Origin: a virus
Taxonomy: Duplodnaviria; Caudoviricetes
Length of the DNA: 64,000 nt
Strand: one strand, 5' to 3'
IMG/VR virus record: IMGVR_UViG_2872980847_000002
Coordinates: 6,327-70,326 of that record
Shown: positions 48,898 to 58,531 of the stretch, one piece after another
Numbering within the stretch: the first letter of the stretch is position 1
How the letters are laid out: every line of letters starts with the position of its first letter
The notes under the pieces: model-generated
What the model saw: the letters and a program-made list of their open reading frames with translations, nothing else
Told to the model about the DNA's origin: nothing
Databases searched by the model: none
Made by a program: the position numbers and the translations under genes

Positions 48898-49632
48898 ATG
48901 GCCCCCGAGGCGACCGACCGCCTGGCTCAGCTGGTCAGGCAGCGCGACGAGCTCGCCACCCACCACCGGCGGATCGAGAAGGCGTACGCCCTGGCCGTGC
49001 TGGACCACCTCGCCGAGCAGGTGCGCCAGCTGTGCCCCGAGGCCGCGTACATCAACTTCGCCTACCACGGCAAAACCCGAGAGCCGGACCTGTACGGCGT
49101 GCTCGGCGTCGCGTCCAGCCCGATCTCGCCCCTGCCGTGGCTGTGGGACGCGTGCGAGAGCGATGGCGAGCACCCGCTGGACGACTACAGCGACAAGCTG
49201 GAAGTCGACCTGCAACAGGCCCTGGAGCCCTACGACTCGCCAGCCTGGGCGACGGTGAGCCGCAACATGGCATCTGAGGGCAACAGTTGGCTGCTTCAGT
49301 TGCCCCCGGCCGACCGCGCCGCGCACATCGCCGGCCTGGTCCGCCAGTACCACCCGGAGGCGACCGCGATCATCGTGGACGGGCGCAGCGCAGGCGGCCG
49401 GGTCATCGAGATCATCGAAGGCATCGCCGAAGACGGCACCGACAACCACACCACCCACCGCCGATGGCCGCGCGCCGCGGACGATGCGATCACCGCGCTG
49501 GTCGCCCAGATGTTCGCCCTGCCCGACCTCGCCAACCGGCACCTGCTGCCCGCGGGGCCCGCCTATCGGCACCCCTACGGCGCCGGCACCAGCGCCCTGG
49601 TGTGCCTGATGCCGCTGCCGCCGACCGCGTAA
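48898..49632 (+). CDS. Hypothetical protein
   Basis: AAAGGAA SD, GC3-rich frame. Confidence 0.7.
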   Translation: MAPEATDRLAQLVRQRDELATHHRRIEKAYALAVLDHLAEQVRQLCPEAAYINFAYHGKTREPDLYGVLGVASSPISPLPWLWDACESDGEHPLDDYSDKLEVDLQQALEPYDSPAWATVSRNMASEGNSWLLQLPPADRAAHIAGLVRQYHPEATAIIVDGRSAGGRVIEIIEGIAEDGTDNHTTHRRWPRAADDAITALVAQMFALPDLANRHLLPAGPAYRHPYGAGTSALVCLMPLPPTA

Positions 49633-49650
49633 CCGCCAGGAGAGCAACTG

Positions 49651-50058
49651 ATGAGCGGCACCTGGTGGATCAGCGATGCGCCGTGCGCCGGGGACCTGCG
49701 CTTCACCCCCGCTGACGCCTCCGCCGACGCACTCAGGACGCCGATGACCCGGCAGCTCCTGAAGGTCTGCCAGGGCTGCCCCTACCGGTCGCGGTGCATC
49801 GACCTCGTCCTGCCGCGGGCCTCGAAATTCGACGGCATCTGCGGCGGCCGTCTGTGGATCGACGGCACCGTGCGGGACGAGTGCGAGGCCGCACACCCCG
49901 ACGATCTCGCCGAAGACGGCCGCTACATCCCCCACGGCACCGAGGCTGGCGCCCGCGCCCACAACCGGCGGGGGGAGCGGGCCTGTTCGCTGTGCCGGGA
50001 GGCCGGACGGCTGGCCCAAGCCCGCCGCCGCGCCAAGAAGCGGACGGCTTCCAATTAG
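49651..50058 (+). CDS. WhiB-like protein with second Cys/His domain
   Basis: C..C..CP....C, GICGG; HGT..AH.RRGE..C..CR. Confidence 0.8.
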   Translation: MSGTWWISDAPCAGDLRFTPADASADALRTPMTRQLLKVCQGCPYRSRCIDLVLPRASKFDGICGGRLWIDGTVRDECEAAHPDDLAEDGRYIPHGTEAGARAHNRRGERACSLCREAGRLAQARRRAKKRTASN

Positions 50059-50238
50059 CTCAAGATAGGAGACATTTTTGAAATACGTCGCAATGATCGG
50101 TGTGGCGCGGTGCAGCCCACCTGCCAGCGGTCCGGACGAGAGCACCGGCCTGAACCCCCTGCCCGCCGCATGGCGGGCCCCCGCACCGGCCCACCGACAG
50201 CAACAACCGACCCCGAACTCGAACCGGAGGATCACGCA

Positions 50239-50574
50239 GTGAACAAGGCCCAGCTCGTCGAAGCCGTCAAAGACCAGATCGGCGGCAGCCGGAAAACCGC
50301 CACCACCGCGGTGGAAGCCGTCCTGGACACCATCGTGCGAGCCGTAGTCGAGGGGGAGGCCGTCTCGGTCACCGGCTTCGGCAGCATCGCCGCCCACGAC
50401 CGCGCCGCACGCATCAGCCGCAACCCGCAAACCGGCGCCGAGATGCACGTGCCCGCCACCCGTGTCCTGCGCTTCGCCCCGGGCCGGAAATTCAAGGACC
50501 TCGCCTCCGGCCGAGCCCCGCTCCCAGCCTCCGGCAACGCCATCCGCAAGGCCCCCAAGTCCCCCCGCCCGTAA
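50239..50574 (+). CDS. hup: HU family DNA-binding protein
   Basis: NKAQLV, VTGFGS, RNPQTG, RFAPG. Confidence 0.93.
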   Translation: MNKAQLVEAVKDQIGGSRKTATTAVEAVLDTIVRAVVEGEAVSVTGFGSIAAHDRAARISRNPQTGAEMHVPATRVLRFAPGRKFKDLASGRAPLPASGNAIRKAPKSPRP

Positions 50575-50636
50575 CCCAACCTGCCCCGGTGCCGCCCCTT
50601 GCAGGGCGGCACCGGGGGCGAAGGGAACCGCACACC

Positions 50637-51224
50637 ATGAACGATCTGGGAACCGAAGTCGAGGCCACCGCCACCTGGTTGGAGCAGCACAACGCATCCG
50701 GCGCCGCCACCCTGCTGCGCCGCGTCGCCAGCCAACGGGAGCGGGCTCGCCGTGAACTGGACGCCCACCGCACTCCGAACCGCTACCGGCTGGCCTGGCG
50801 CTCCGCCCGCCGGCGCGCCCGCACCGAACACGCGAAGTTCACCAGCATCAGCGAGCAACTCGACGACTTCCACAGCAAATGGGGCGAGGACTGCCGCCGC
50901 TTCAATGAGCACTCCGAGGCGCAGACTCGCGCCTGCGCCCAACTGCGCACCGACCTGGCCCAGTTCCAGGTGCACGCGGAACGAGCCGGCTGGATACCCG
51001 ACCCCGCGGAACGCCGCCTGTGGCGCTGGCGCGAGGACTGGTGGGAGCTGGCCCACCGCAAGAAGAACCCCGAGGACGGCTACCCCGACACCGGCTGGTA
51101 CCTGTGGGGGCCCACCGAGAGCGGGCACTTCGGCCAGTGGACCGGCCGTCTGACGAAAGAGGCGACCACCGAAGCCGACCGACTGATCACCAAGTACCTC
51201 ACCACCAAGGCGGCGACCTCATGA
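50637..51224 (+). CDS. Hypothetical protein
   Basis: ORF coupled to next gene. Confidence 0.7.
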   Translation: MNDLGTEVEATATWLEQHNASGAATLLRRVASQRERARRELDAHRTPNRYRLAWRSARRRARTEHAKFTSISEQLDDFHSKWGEDCRRFNEHSEAQTRACAQLRTDLAQFQVHAERAGWIPDPAERRLWRWREDWWELAHRKKNPEDGYPDTGWYLWGPTESGHFGQWTGRLTKEATTEADRLITKYLTTKAATS

Positions 51225-52048
51225 CCGCCCAGCTCGAACTCCTCTCCGCCCGCGACGCGCTCGGCCCCGACCCGATGCCCGACCTGACGGCCGCCGACCG
51301 AATCGTCTTCTCCAGCAGCGGCGGCAAAGATTCCCAGGTGGCGCTGGATGAGACGGTGCGCCTGGCCGACGCCGCCGGCGTACGCGACCGCATCGTGGTG
51401 CTCCACTGCGACCTGGGCGTCACCCCCCGCGGACACACCATCGAATGGCCCGGCACCATCGACCTCGCCCGGCGCCAGGCCGAGCACTACGGGCTGCGAT
51501 TCGAGGTGCGGCGCTCGGCGAAGTGGGCCTCACTGCTGCACCGCATCCGCGACCGCGGCCAGTTCCCGAACCTGTTCAACCGGTACTGCACCGCGATCAA
51601 GCGGGACCTGTCGCGGAAGTTCATCACCGAGCAGGTCACAGCACTCGGGATCACCGGCCGCCCGGCGAAGGTCGTCCTGGTCCTGGGGCTGCGCGCCGAG
51701 GAGTCCCGTTCCCGCGCGACGAAGCCCGCGGTGGAGATCGACCGGCGTGCAAGCAGCGGACGCCGCACCATCACGCTGTGGTACCCCGTCCTGCGCTGGA
51801 GCACCACCGAGGTCTGGGAACGCATCCGCGCCTCCGGCGTCCCGTACCACTGGGCCTACGACCAGGGCATGTCCCGGCTCTCGTGCAGCCTGTGCGTCCT
51901 GGCATCGGCCCCGGACCTGACCTGCGCCGCGCGCCTGCGCCCAGAGCTGGCACAGGAGTACGCGGACCAGGAGGCGGAGATGGGCGCCCCGTTCCGGCGC
52001 GACCTGTCGATGGCCGAGATCATCCAGCGGGCAAAGGCGGCGGCATGA
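51221..52048 (+). CDS. PAPS-reductase-family (PP-loop) protein
   Basis: SSGGKDS, RYCT..K, GLRAEES..R, RLSCSLC. Confidence 0.9.
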   Translation: MTAQLELLSARDALGPDPMPDLTAADRIVFSSSGGKDSQVALDETVRLADAAGVRDRIVVLHCDLGVTPRGHTIEWPGTIDLARRQAEHYGLRFEVRRSAKWASLLHRIRDRGQFPNLFNRYCTAIKRDLSRKFITEQVTALGITGRPAKVVLVLGLRAEESRSRATKPAVEIDRRASSGRRTITLWYPVLRWSTTEVWERIRASGVPYHWAYDQGMSRLSCSLCVLASAPDLTCAARLRPELAQEYADQEAEMGAPFRRDLSMAEIIQRAKAAA

Positions 52049-52671
52049 CGGCGCTGCTGCAAAGTGCCCCCGTCACCCTGCCCAGCGCCCAGGGGCAGGG
52101 GGAGTGGCAGCCGCGCGTGATCGGGTTGGACCTCTCCTTGACCTCCACCGGCGTGGCGGGCACCGACTGGGCCAAGGCTCTCCGGCCGGGCAGGCGCCGC
52201 AGCCATGAGCGGATGGACTGGCTGTGCGGGCACATCCACGTCGGTGTGCAGGAGGCCGACCTGGTCGTCGTTGAAGGCGCGGCCTACGCCCAAGGCGGGC
52301 AGGCCGGACACCACGAACTGGCCGGACTGTGGTGGCTGGTGACCCAGGACCTGTGGCGCCACCGCATTCCCTACGCCGTGGCCAACCCGCACCACCGCAC
52401 GATCTACGCCACCGGCCGCGCCAACCCGGCCCAGGACCGGCCGCGCAAGGAGCGGTCGAAGGTAGCCAAGGGGATGGTGCGCTCCGTCGCCGTGGAGCGG
52501 TACGGCGTGGAGTGCGAGGGGCCGGGCCGCTACGACCAGGCCGACGCCACCGTGCTGGCGGCCATGGGCCTGGACTGGCTCGGCTACCCGACGGTGCCGG
52601 TGCCCGACACCCATCGCCGAGCCCTGGAAGCAGTTCATTGGCCCGAGCTCATTCCGACCGCAGCAAATTAA
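52045..52671 (+). CDS. RuvC-like Holliday junction resolvase
   Basis: IGLDLSLTSTGVA, VVVEG, DQADA. Confidence 0.8.
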   Translation: MTALLQSAPVTLPSAQGQGEWQPRVIGLDLSLTSTGVAGTDWAKALRPGRRRSHERMDWLCGHIHVGVQEADLVVVEGAAYAQGGQAGHHELAGLWWLVTQDLWRHRIPYAVANPHHRTIYATGRANPAQDRPRKERSKVAKGMVRSVAVERYGVECEGPGRYDQADATVLAAMGLDWLGYPTVPVPDTHRRALEAVHWPELIPTAAN

Positions 52672-52689
52672 GTCCGGAATTCTGAATTT

Positions 52690-52746
52690 AAATCTCGCTA
52701 GAGATTTGCCGTAACTTGAATTAGGTGGATTTGCCACTAAGATATA
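52690..52746 (+). promoter_or_regulatory. AT-rich promoter with palindrome
   Basis: AAATCTC-N4-GAGATTT 52690-52707; TTGAAT(52716)-N16-TAAGAT(52738). Confidence 0.65.
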
Positions 52747-52800
52747 AGTAAGGAATTCAGGGAAAACGCCCGCAGGAATTACCGCTCTTAGGGAGAAGTT

Positions 52801-53055
52801 GTGGCCGTCAAGCCTGATTGGGAAATCGTAATCGCCTACATCAAGAAGGACGAGACCCCAGGGCAGGTCATGGCTCGCATCATGAGCGGACACGGAAAGG
52901 TCGAGGATGTGGCCGCACTGGTCAACTTCCTGGGCGACACCTCCTCGCTCCGCGCCATCAAAAAGGTGGCGGCCCGACACCAGCTCCCCGGCGTGAACCA
53001 CCTGATCACCGAGTACGAGCAGCTGGCGGCCCGGTACTGGGGCCCGACACGCTGA
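52801..53055 (+). CDS. Hypothetical protein
   Basis: GGGAGA SD. Confidence 0.65.
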   Translation: MAVKPDWEIVIAYIKKDETPGQVMARIMSGHGKVEDVAALVNFLGDTSSLRAIKKVAARHQLPGVNHLITEYEQLAARYWGPTR

Positions 53056-53211
53056 CCGCCTAACTGCGGAGCCGGCACGCATCCGATGCCGGATCCGCAG
53101 AAATCAGCAGTTCAAAACCGGCTCTCAAAGCCGCACAACACCCTCTCGCGGCCCCGGCTCACCGCCGGGGCCGCACCCATACGCGCAAGCGTGCCTCTTG
53201 GAGACAACACC

Positions 53212-53841
53212 ATGAACTACACCCGTGGAATTTACGTCCTCGCCGAACAGATAGGAGTGGACCCCTCCCACGTCGCCCACGCCCTGCGCTACGCGGCCAA
53301 AACCCACGCAACTATCCGCGCCGAGCACTACAGCCACCTCAGCGACGAGCAGTTCAGGCGCCTCCTCGGCGCCGACCGCTACGTCGTGGCCGTCGTCGCC
53401 AACTACGCGATGCGCTTCGCCGGACGCATCGAGGACGCTCAGCTCCTCATGGACATCTACAAAGCCAGCGCAGGCACCACCGCCCACCGCTCGATCACCC
53501 GGCAGGGCGTAGGCACGCTGCCCGAGCACCACGACCACGCCCGCGTCCAGCAGGCCATCCGCATACTCCAGGCCGCGGGCCTGCCCCCCATCCACACCGA
53601 CGGCACCCACGAACTCAAGCCCGGCTTCGAGGTCATGCCCGGCTGCGAAGACCAACTGCCCGGCTGGGTGTTCATCGCACCCGATCCCCACGCCGACGAC
53701 CGAGGCGGATTTGCCGGCGGCCGACTCGGCTACCTCGCCGTCATGCGCTGGGCCGGATGGGGCGTCATCACCGAACCGCTTCCCGGCGACCTGTGGGCCG
53801 CCTGCCACCCCGACTTCCGGCACAACCCCTTCCCCTCCTGA
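53212..53841 (+). CDS. Hypothetical protein
   Basis: CTCTTGGAGA SD. Confidence 0.7.
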   Translation: MNYTRGIYVLAEQIGVDPSHVAHALRYAAKTHATIRAEHYSHLSDEQFRRLLGADRYVVAVVANYAMRFAGRIEDAQLLMDIYKASAGTTAHRSITRQGVGTLPEHHDHARVQQAIRILQAAGLPPIHTDGTHELKPGFEVMPGCEDQLPGWVFIAPDPHADDRGGFAGGRLGYLAVMRWAGWGVITEPLPGDLWAACHPDFRHNPFPS

Positions 53842-53907
53842 CCACCCCGCTCCCGGCCCGTACGCCAACGGGCCGGGAACGGCCACCCCAGAAAGGCCCC
53901 AACCACC

Positions 53908-54210
53908 GTGAAATTCCCGGCAGACAACACCACACTGACCGCCTGGTCGGCCCTCCTCGGCCTCACCAAGGAGCAGGCCACCGCCACCCTCGCCGACATA
54001 GAAGCCGTGCTGCGCACCGGCTACGCCCACCGCCCGCCCACACTGCGCCACCGGACCTTCGAGCAGCTGACGAACGACATGGACATCGACGAGTTCGCCT
54101 TGATGTTCCTGACCTCCGGACTGCGACGCGCCGGATACCCCGAAGCCGCCCACTCAGTCCAACTGCGCGGATTACTCGCCCGCCTCCAAGGCGCCCAACA
54201 GCGCCACTGA
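53908..54210 (+). CDS. Hypothetical protein
   Basis: AGAAAGG SD; in-frame TTA at 54172. Confidence 0.65.
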   Translation: MKFPADNTTLTAWSALLGLTKEQATATLADIEAVLRTGYAHRPPTLRHRTFEQLTNDMDIDEFALMFLTSGLRRAGYPEAAHSVQLRGLLARLQGAQQRH

Positions 54211-54292
54211 CACCGCCCACCACAGCACCACCCAGCCGCCCCGGCCGCGCACCGCGCACCGGGGCGGCTCCATGCGCGCAGAAAGGAAGCCC

Positions 54293-55309
54293 GTGCCCGA
54301 CGACACCCCGTTCCTGCCACGAACCGCCGCACCCACCACCCCACGCCCGGTCCCGTCCTGGGCGAAGAAGAAGCCCCCCAAGTCAAAAGCCGCCACGCGC
54401 ACCAAGGTCACCGCACGCAAATACCTCGCACCACGCGACCCGCACGAGCACGCACGCAAGATCGCCGAGAACGTCATCGACGCCTGGCACCAGAGCTTCG
54501 GCGGCAGCAGCATAGACGTCCCCCTAGGCACCGTTGCCGCGCTCGCGCTCCTGCGCAACCGCCCCGGCCTGGCCGACTGGATACTCAACCTCCAGCCGCA
54601 CCAACTCCCGCAGTTCTTCAAGGAGATATACCTCGGCTACTGGGTCAAACGGCCCGACCTGATCGCACGCGCCATACGCCTGCACGACTGGGCCTGGAAC
54701 CCCGACCCCGACACCCAGCAACTCCGCGCCGTCCACGCCATCACCCACCGCGCCATCAACACCGGCCTGCTGGACCTCACCGGCCACGACGACCCGTGGC
54801 GCCGCTCCGAGGCCGACGTCCTCAGCCCCCTGCTCACCGGCCTGCGGCACAAGAGCGACAAGAAGTGGCGCGGCGAGTACCACACGCCGGCGTGCGTCAG
54901 CGACCTCATGGCCAACATGACCGTGGACAAGAAGTTCATCAAGCCAGGCATGTCCTTCCGTGAACCCGCCGTCGGCTCCGGCGGCATGCTCCGCTCCATC
55001 GCCCAACGCCTACGCGACCTCGGCCTCAACCCGCACGACTTCCACTGGTACGGCAACGACGTCGACGCCCTCGCCGCAGCCTGCGCCGCCGTCAACACGA
55101 TCATTTGGGACCTCGGCCCCAACTGCTTCATCGGCTGCGCCGACTCCCTGGCCCCCGAGGACGACTACGGCATAACCCTCGCCGAAGCCCAGGACGCCTT
55201 CACCGAGCGCGACAAAGCCGTGGACGCGGCCACCTTCATCGCCGCGACTGAGGGCGCACTCCGCCTCCTCAACCAGATCACCACCCCCAAGGAGAAAGCC
55301 TCCGTATGA
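54293..55309 (+). CDS. N6-methyltransferase-like protein lacking NPPY
   Basis: GEYHTP, EPAVGSGGML, GNDVD, CADSL, then ends. Confidence 0.75.
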   Translation: MPDDTPFLPRTAAPTTPRPVPSWAKKKPPKSKAATRTKVTARKYLAPRDPHEHARKIAENVIDAWHQSFGGSSIDVPLGTVAALALLRNRPGLADWILNLQPHQLPQFFKEIYLGYWVKRPDLIARAIRLHDWAWNPDPDTQQLRAVHAITHRAINTGLLDLTGHDDPWRRSEADVLSPLLTGLRHKSDKKWRGEYHTPACVSDLMANMTVDKKFIKPGMSFREPAVGSGGMLRSIAQRLRDLGLNPHDFHWYGNDVDALAAACAAVNTIIWDLGPNCFIGCADSLAPEDDYGITLAEAQDAFTERDKAVDAATFIAATEGALRLLNQITTPKEKASV

Positions 55310-55890
55310 CCGAAGAACAACCCCTCATCCCCCGCACACAACCCCCACCCCGACGTGCTGGCCGCTTTCGGAAGCCTCCGCGCAGCAACGGGGCCGAGAC
55401 ATCCAAACGAGACGAACAGCACCGTCTCGAACAGCCCCTGAACCACATCGCTCCCCACCTCGAACCGCCCTGGGCCAAGGAGGACACCGACACCCCCGAG
55501 CGCACCACCAACTACACCCGGCCCGAAGGCCACCACATCGGACTACGGCTCCAACCCGGCGAGCTCATCATCCAGACCTGGATCACCGCAGGCCCCGACC
55601 TGCCACCGATCCCCGCCGGCACCGCCGAGGAAAAAGCCGACACCAAAGCCGCCAACGACGCCCGACTCCGTCCCGGTCGCTCCTGGCACGCCACCGTCAC
55701 CACCCGCCACCCCCAGCACACCCGCGGGCTCCTCGACGCAGTCGTGCGCAACCAGCTGATTCCCGCGCTCACCAACAAGCCCAAGCGCGTGCCCACCCCC
55801 ACCGTCCGACCCGAGCCCGAGCCCGAGCCCGAGAAGACAGCCTCAGCCAACCCACGCCGCGCCACCACCGAGAAGGAAACCGAGAAATGA
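55306..55890 (+). CDS. Hypothetical protein
   Basis: ATGA-coupled on both sides. Confidence 0.65.
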   Translation: MTEEQPLIPRTQPPPRRAGRFRKPPRSNGAETSKRDEQHRLEQPLNHIAPHLEPPWAKEDTDTPERTTNYTRPEGHHIGLRLQPGELIIQTWITAGPDLPPIPAGTAEEKADTKAANDARLRPGRSWHATVTTRHPQHTRGLLDAVVRNQLIPALTNKPKRVPTPTVRPEPEPEPEKTASANPRRATTEKETEK

Positions 55891-57542
55891 GCAGCACACC
55901 CGACAACGCGATCAAAGTCACCAGCCTGGGCAACCTCGCCGAGATCCTGCCGTACCTCCTCGGCCACTACCCCGACGACAGCATCGCCCTCCACGCCCCC
56001 GGCCCCAACTTCAGCGACGGCCCGACCATGACGTGCCCCCTGCCCGACGACCCCGCCGAGTGGAAGGACACCGCCGAACTCGCCGCCCGCCGGTTCGTGG
56101 CGTACGCCCACGACCGCGGGCACGACCCCGGCGAGGGCGTCATCGTCTACCTCTGCCGCGAGCCGCGCCCCGACGAGACCCCGTGGGACACCGCCGCGCT
56201 CCTCGCCCCCGTCGCCGACTGGCTCACGACAGCCCTTGGCCAGCAGCGCGCCGACGTACTCCAGACCATCGGTCTCGTCGCGAACCGGTGGTGGGCGTTC
56301 GAGTGCACCACCGAAGGGTGCTGCGAGGGCCAGCCGCTCCCAACTGCCGACGACCCCACCAGCGTTGCGGCACAGATGGCCCGCCTCGACCGCACCTCCG
56401 GCCCCCGCACCCGCGACATCGTCAAGGAGTTCCGGGCGGCGGCCTCCGCCGACACCGACTTCCTCAAGGCCCTGGACACGGCCATCGACCAGTTCAACAC
56501 CCGGTGCGCGACCAGCGCAGGACGCGACGCCACCCTCACCTCGACCTGCGCCCAGATCGACGCGGCCGTCAGCCAGTTCCGGGCCGGAGCGACTACCCTC
56601 AACCGCACCCTGGCCACGCAGCTCCTCGTCGGTCTGCACGACGACGGCGCCGTGGAGGCCGGCATGGCGCACACGGACGACGACGACCTTCCCCACGCCC
56701 GACGCCTGTGGGCCTACCTCGCCCGGCACTGCGCCGACCCGTTCACCCAAGAGGCCGTCCCCGCACTGACGCTGTACGCCTTCGTCACCTGGCGGCAAGA
56801 CGACCTCATCGCCGCCCGGCTCGCCCTCCGCGACGCGCTCACCGCCGACCCCGAATACGACCTGGCCGTCGGCATACACCTCGGCACCATCGACGGCGAG
56901 GACCCCCGAGACTTCCGTACCGCCGCCCGAGAGAACTGCGACCACCGCATGGCGCACGTCCAGCACGCCGTCCAGGTCGCCAGCGAGTACCGCCCCGTCA
57001 CCGACAGCACGGCGGAACGCCACCGCGAAGCCCTCGACGCCGCCACCGAGTACGACGACGCGCAGGCCAGCACCTACCGCGGGCAGCTCCTCGCCCGCTA
57101 CGGGACGATCGACATCATCGGCGGAGCCCTGGCCGACTTCCGCAACGGCCCCCCGCAGCTCATGGACGAGATCGCCGCCCGCATCATCCTCGGCCTCCAG
57201 GACCCCGAGACCCGAGACGCCGCACTGTCCACCGGCGACGAGAACGACCTCCCCGCCGAACGGCAACTGTGGGGCTACCTCGCACGAAGCTGCGTACCCC
57301 CGCACACCGACAAGGCACCGCCGCTCCTCGCCCTCCTCGGCTGGGTCGCCTGGCGGCAGAACGACACCGTCACCGCCAGCCATGCCTTCTCGGACGCCCT
57401 CGACATCGACCCCCACTACAGGCTCGCCAAGCACATGCTCGAAGGCATCCGCACCGAGTGCGACCCTGCCGCGTTCCTGGCGATCTTCCGCGAGGCAGAC
57501 CGGCGATTCGCCGCGGGCCGCGCCGACCTCGACAACCTCTGA
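55887..57542 (+). CDS. DUF4192 protein with duplicated C-terminal module
   Basis: LPYLLGHYPDDS; LWAYLAR...DPEY / LWGYLAR...DPHY. Confidence 0.85.
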   Translation: MSSTPDNAIKVTSLGNLAEILPYLLGHYPDDSIALHAPGPNFSDGPTMTCPLPDDPAEWKDTAELAARRFVAYAHDRGHDPGEGVIVYLCREPRPDETPWDTAALLAPVADWLTTALGQQRADVLQTIGLVANRWWAFECTTEGCCEGQPLPTADDPTSVAAQMARLDRTSGPRTRDIVKEFRAAASADTDFLKALDTAIDQFNTRCATSAGRDATLTSTCAQIDAAVSQFRAGATTLNRTLATQLLVGLHDDGAVEAGMAHTDDDDLPHARRLWAYLARHCADPFTQEAVPALTLYAFVTWRQDDLIAARLALRDALTADPEYDLAVGIHLGTIDGEDPRDFRTAARENCDHRMAHVQHAVQVASEYRPVTDSTAERHREALDAATEYDDAQASTYRGQLLARYGTIDIIGGALADFRNGPPQLMDEIAARIILGLQDPETRDAALSTGDENDLPAERQLWGYLARSCVPPHTDKAPPLLALLGWVAWRQNDTVTASHAFSDALDIDPHYRLAKHMLEGIRTECDPAAFLAIFREADRRFAAGRADLDNL

Positions 57543-57596
57543 CCCCCACGGCGGCCCCGGCAGCTTCGCAGGGGCCGCCCCTAACCCGGAGACCTC

Positions 57597-58184
57597 ATGC
57601 CCACCCCTTCAGACGAACCGCGCGGCGCAGTCGCCCGGCACACTGCCTACCTGCCCCACTTCTGGGACAAGGCCACGAACTCCCGCCCGATCTGGCGTAT
57701 CGACTGGGGACAGCCCGGCTTCACCCAGCGCACACCGCCCGACCTCACCGCCGACCACCGGCCCACGGTCCTCGCCCGCTCCTGGGACCGACCGGCCCCC
57801 GACGGCACCGGCGAGACCTGGCCCTACCTCCACCGCGGGGCCTGCCTCGGCTGCACCTGGGAGGGCCCCGACCGGCGCCGTACGGACGAGGCCGTCGAGG
57901 ACGCCCACGACCACACCCACCCCGGCTGGCGCGACCTCCCGGCCGTACCCGAACACCAAGGACGCCGCTGGCTCACGCACGTCCAGCACCTCTACCCAGA
58001 CGGGTGGTTCGACCGAGGCGGACCCGTTCGTACCGTCCGGACCGGGATTGAGAAGCGGCACAGGCCCGGAGCAGCGCCGGGCGGCGGCTACGACCTCGGC
58101 GTGCAGCCGCCCAGGAGGAACGATCCGGTCACGGCGATCCCCGATGTGCTGCCGCTCGATTTCAGCGGCGCGGAGGCAGCGTGA
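57597..58184 (+). CDS. DUF6349-like hypothetical protein
   Basis: CLGCTWEG, AVEDAHDH..PGWRDLP, GGYDL. Confidence 0.7.
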   Translation: MPTPSDEPRGAVARHTAYLPHFWDKATNSRPIWRIDWGQPGFTQRTPPDLTADHRPTVLARSWDRPAPDGTGETWPYLHRGACLGCTWEGPDRRRTDEAVEDAHDHTHPGWRDLPAVPEHQGRRWLTHVQHLYPDGWFDRGGPVRTVRTGIEKRHRPGAAPGGGYDLGVQPPRRNDPVTAIPDVLPLDFSGAEAA

Positions 58185-58531
58185 ACGGGGTGCCGCGCGC
58201 TACGCTGGAAAAGGACGGCTGACCTGCGAAGAACCGCTCCGCTCCACCCCCGGGCACAGGGGGCAGGAGCCCGCTTCGCCGGTAAGGCACTCCGCTGCGC
58301 ACGAGTTCGAGGCTTCAACTCACTCATTGATCAACCTGCGTTGATGCAGCCCGGCGTTCCCACAGTGCTCCCCCGCGAACTCCCTCGGAGGGCCGCCAGT
58401 GGACACGCAGTGGACGGAAGGACCCGTACAGATCAGGAACGTCGACGCGGAGTCAGAACGGCAGAGTGCCTTTGACCTGCGGATATAGGAAGATCAAGGC
58501 AAGATTGCGTGTTGATCGGAAGATCCGAAAA

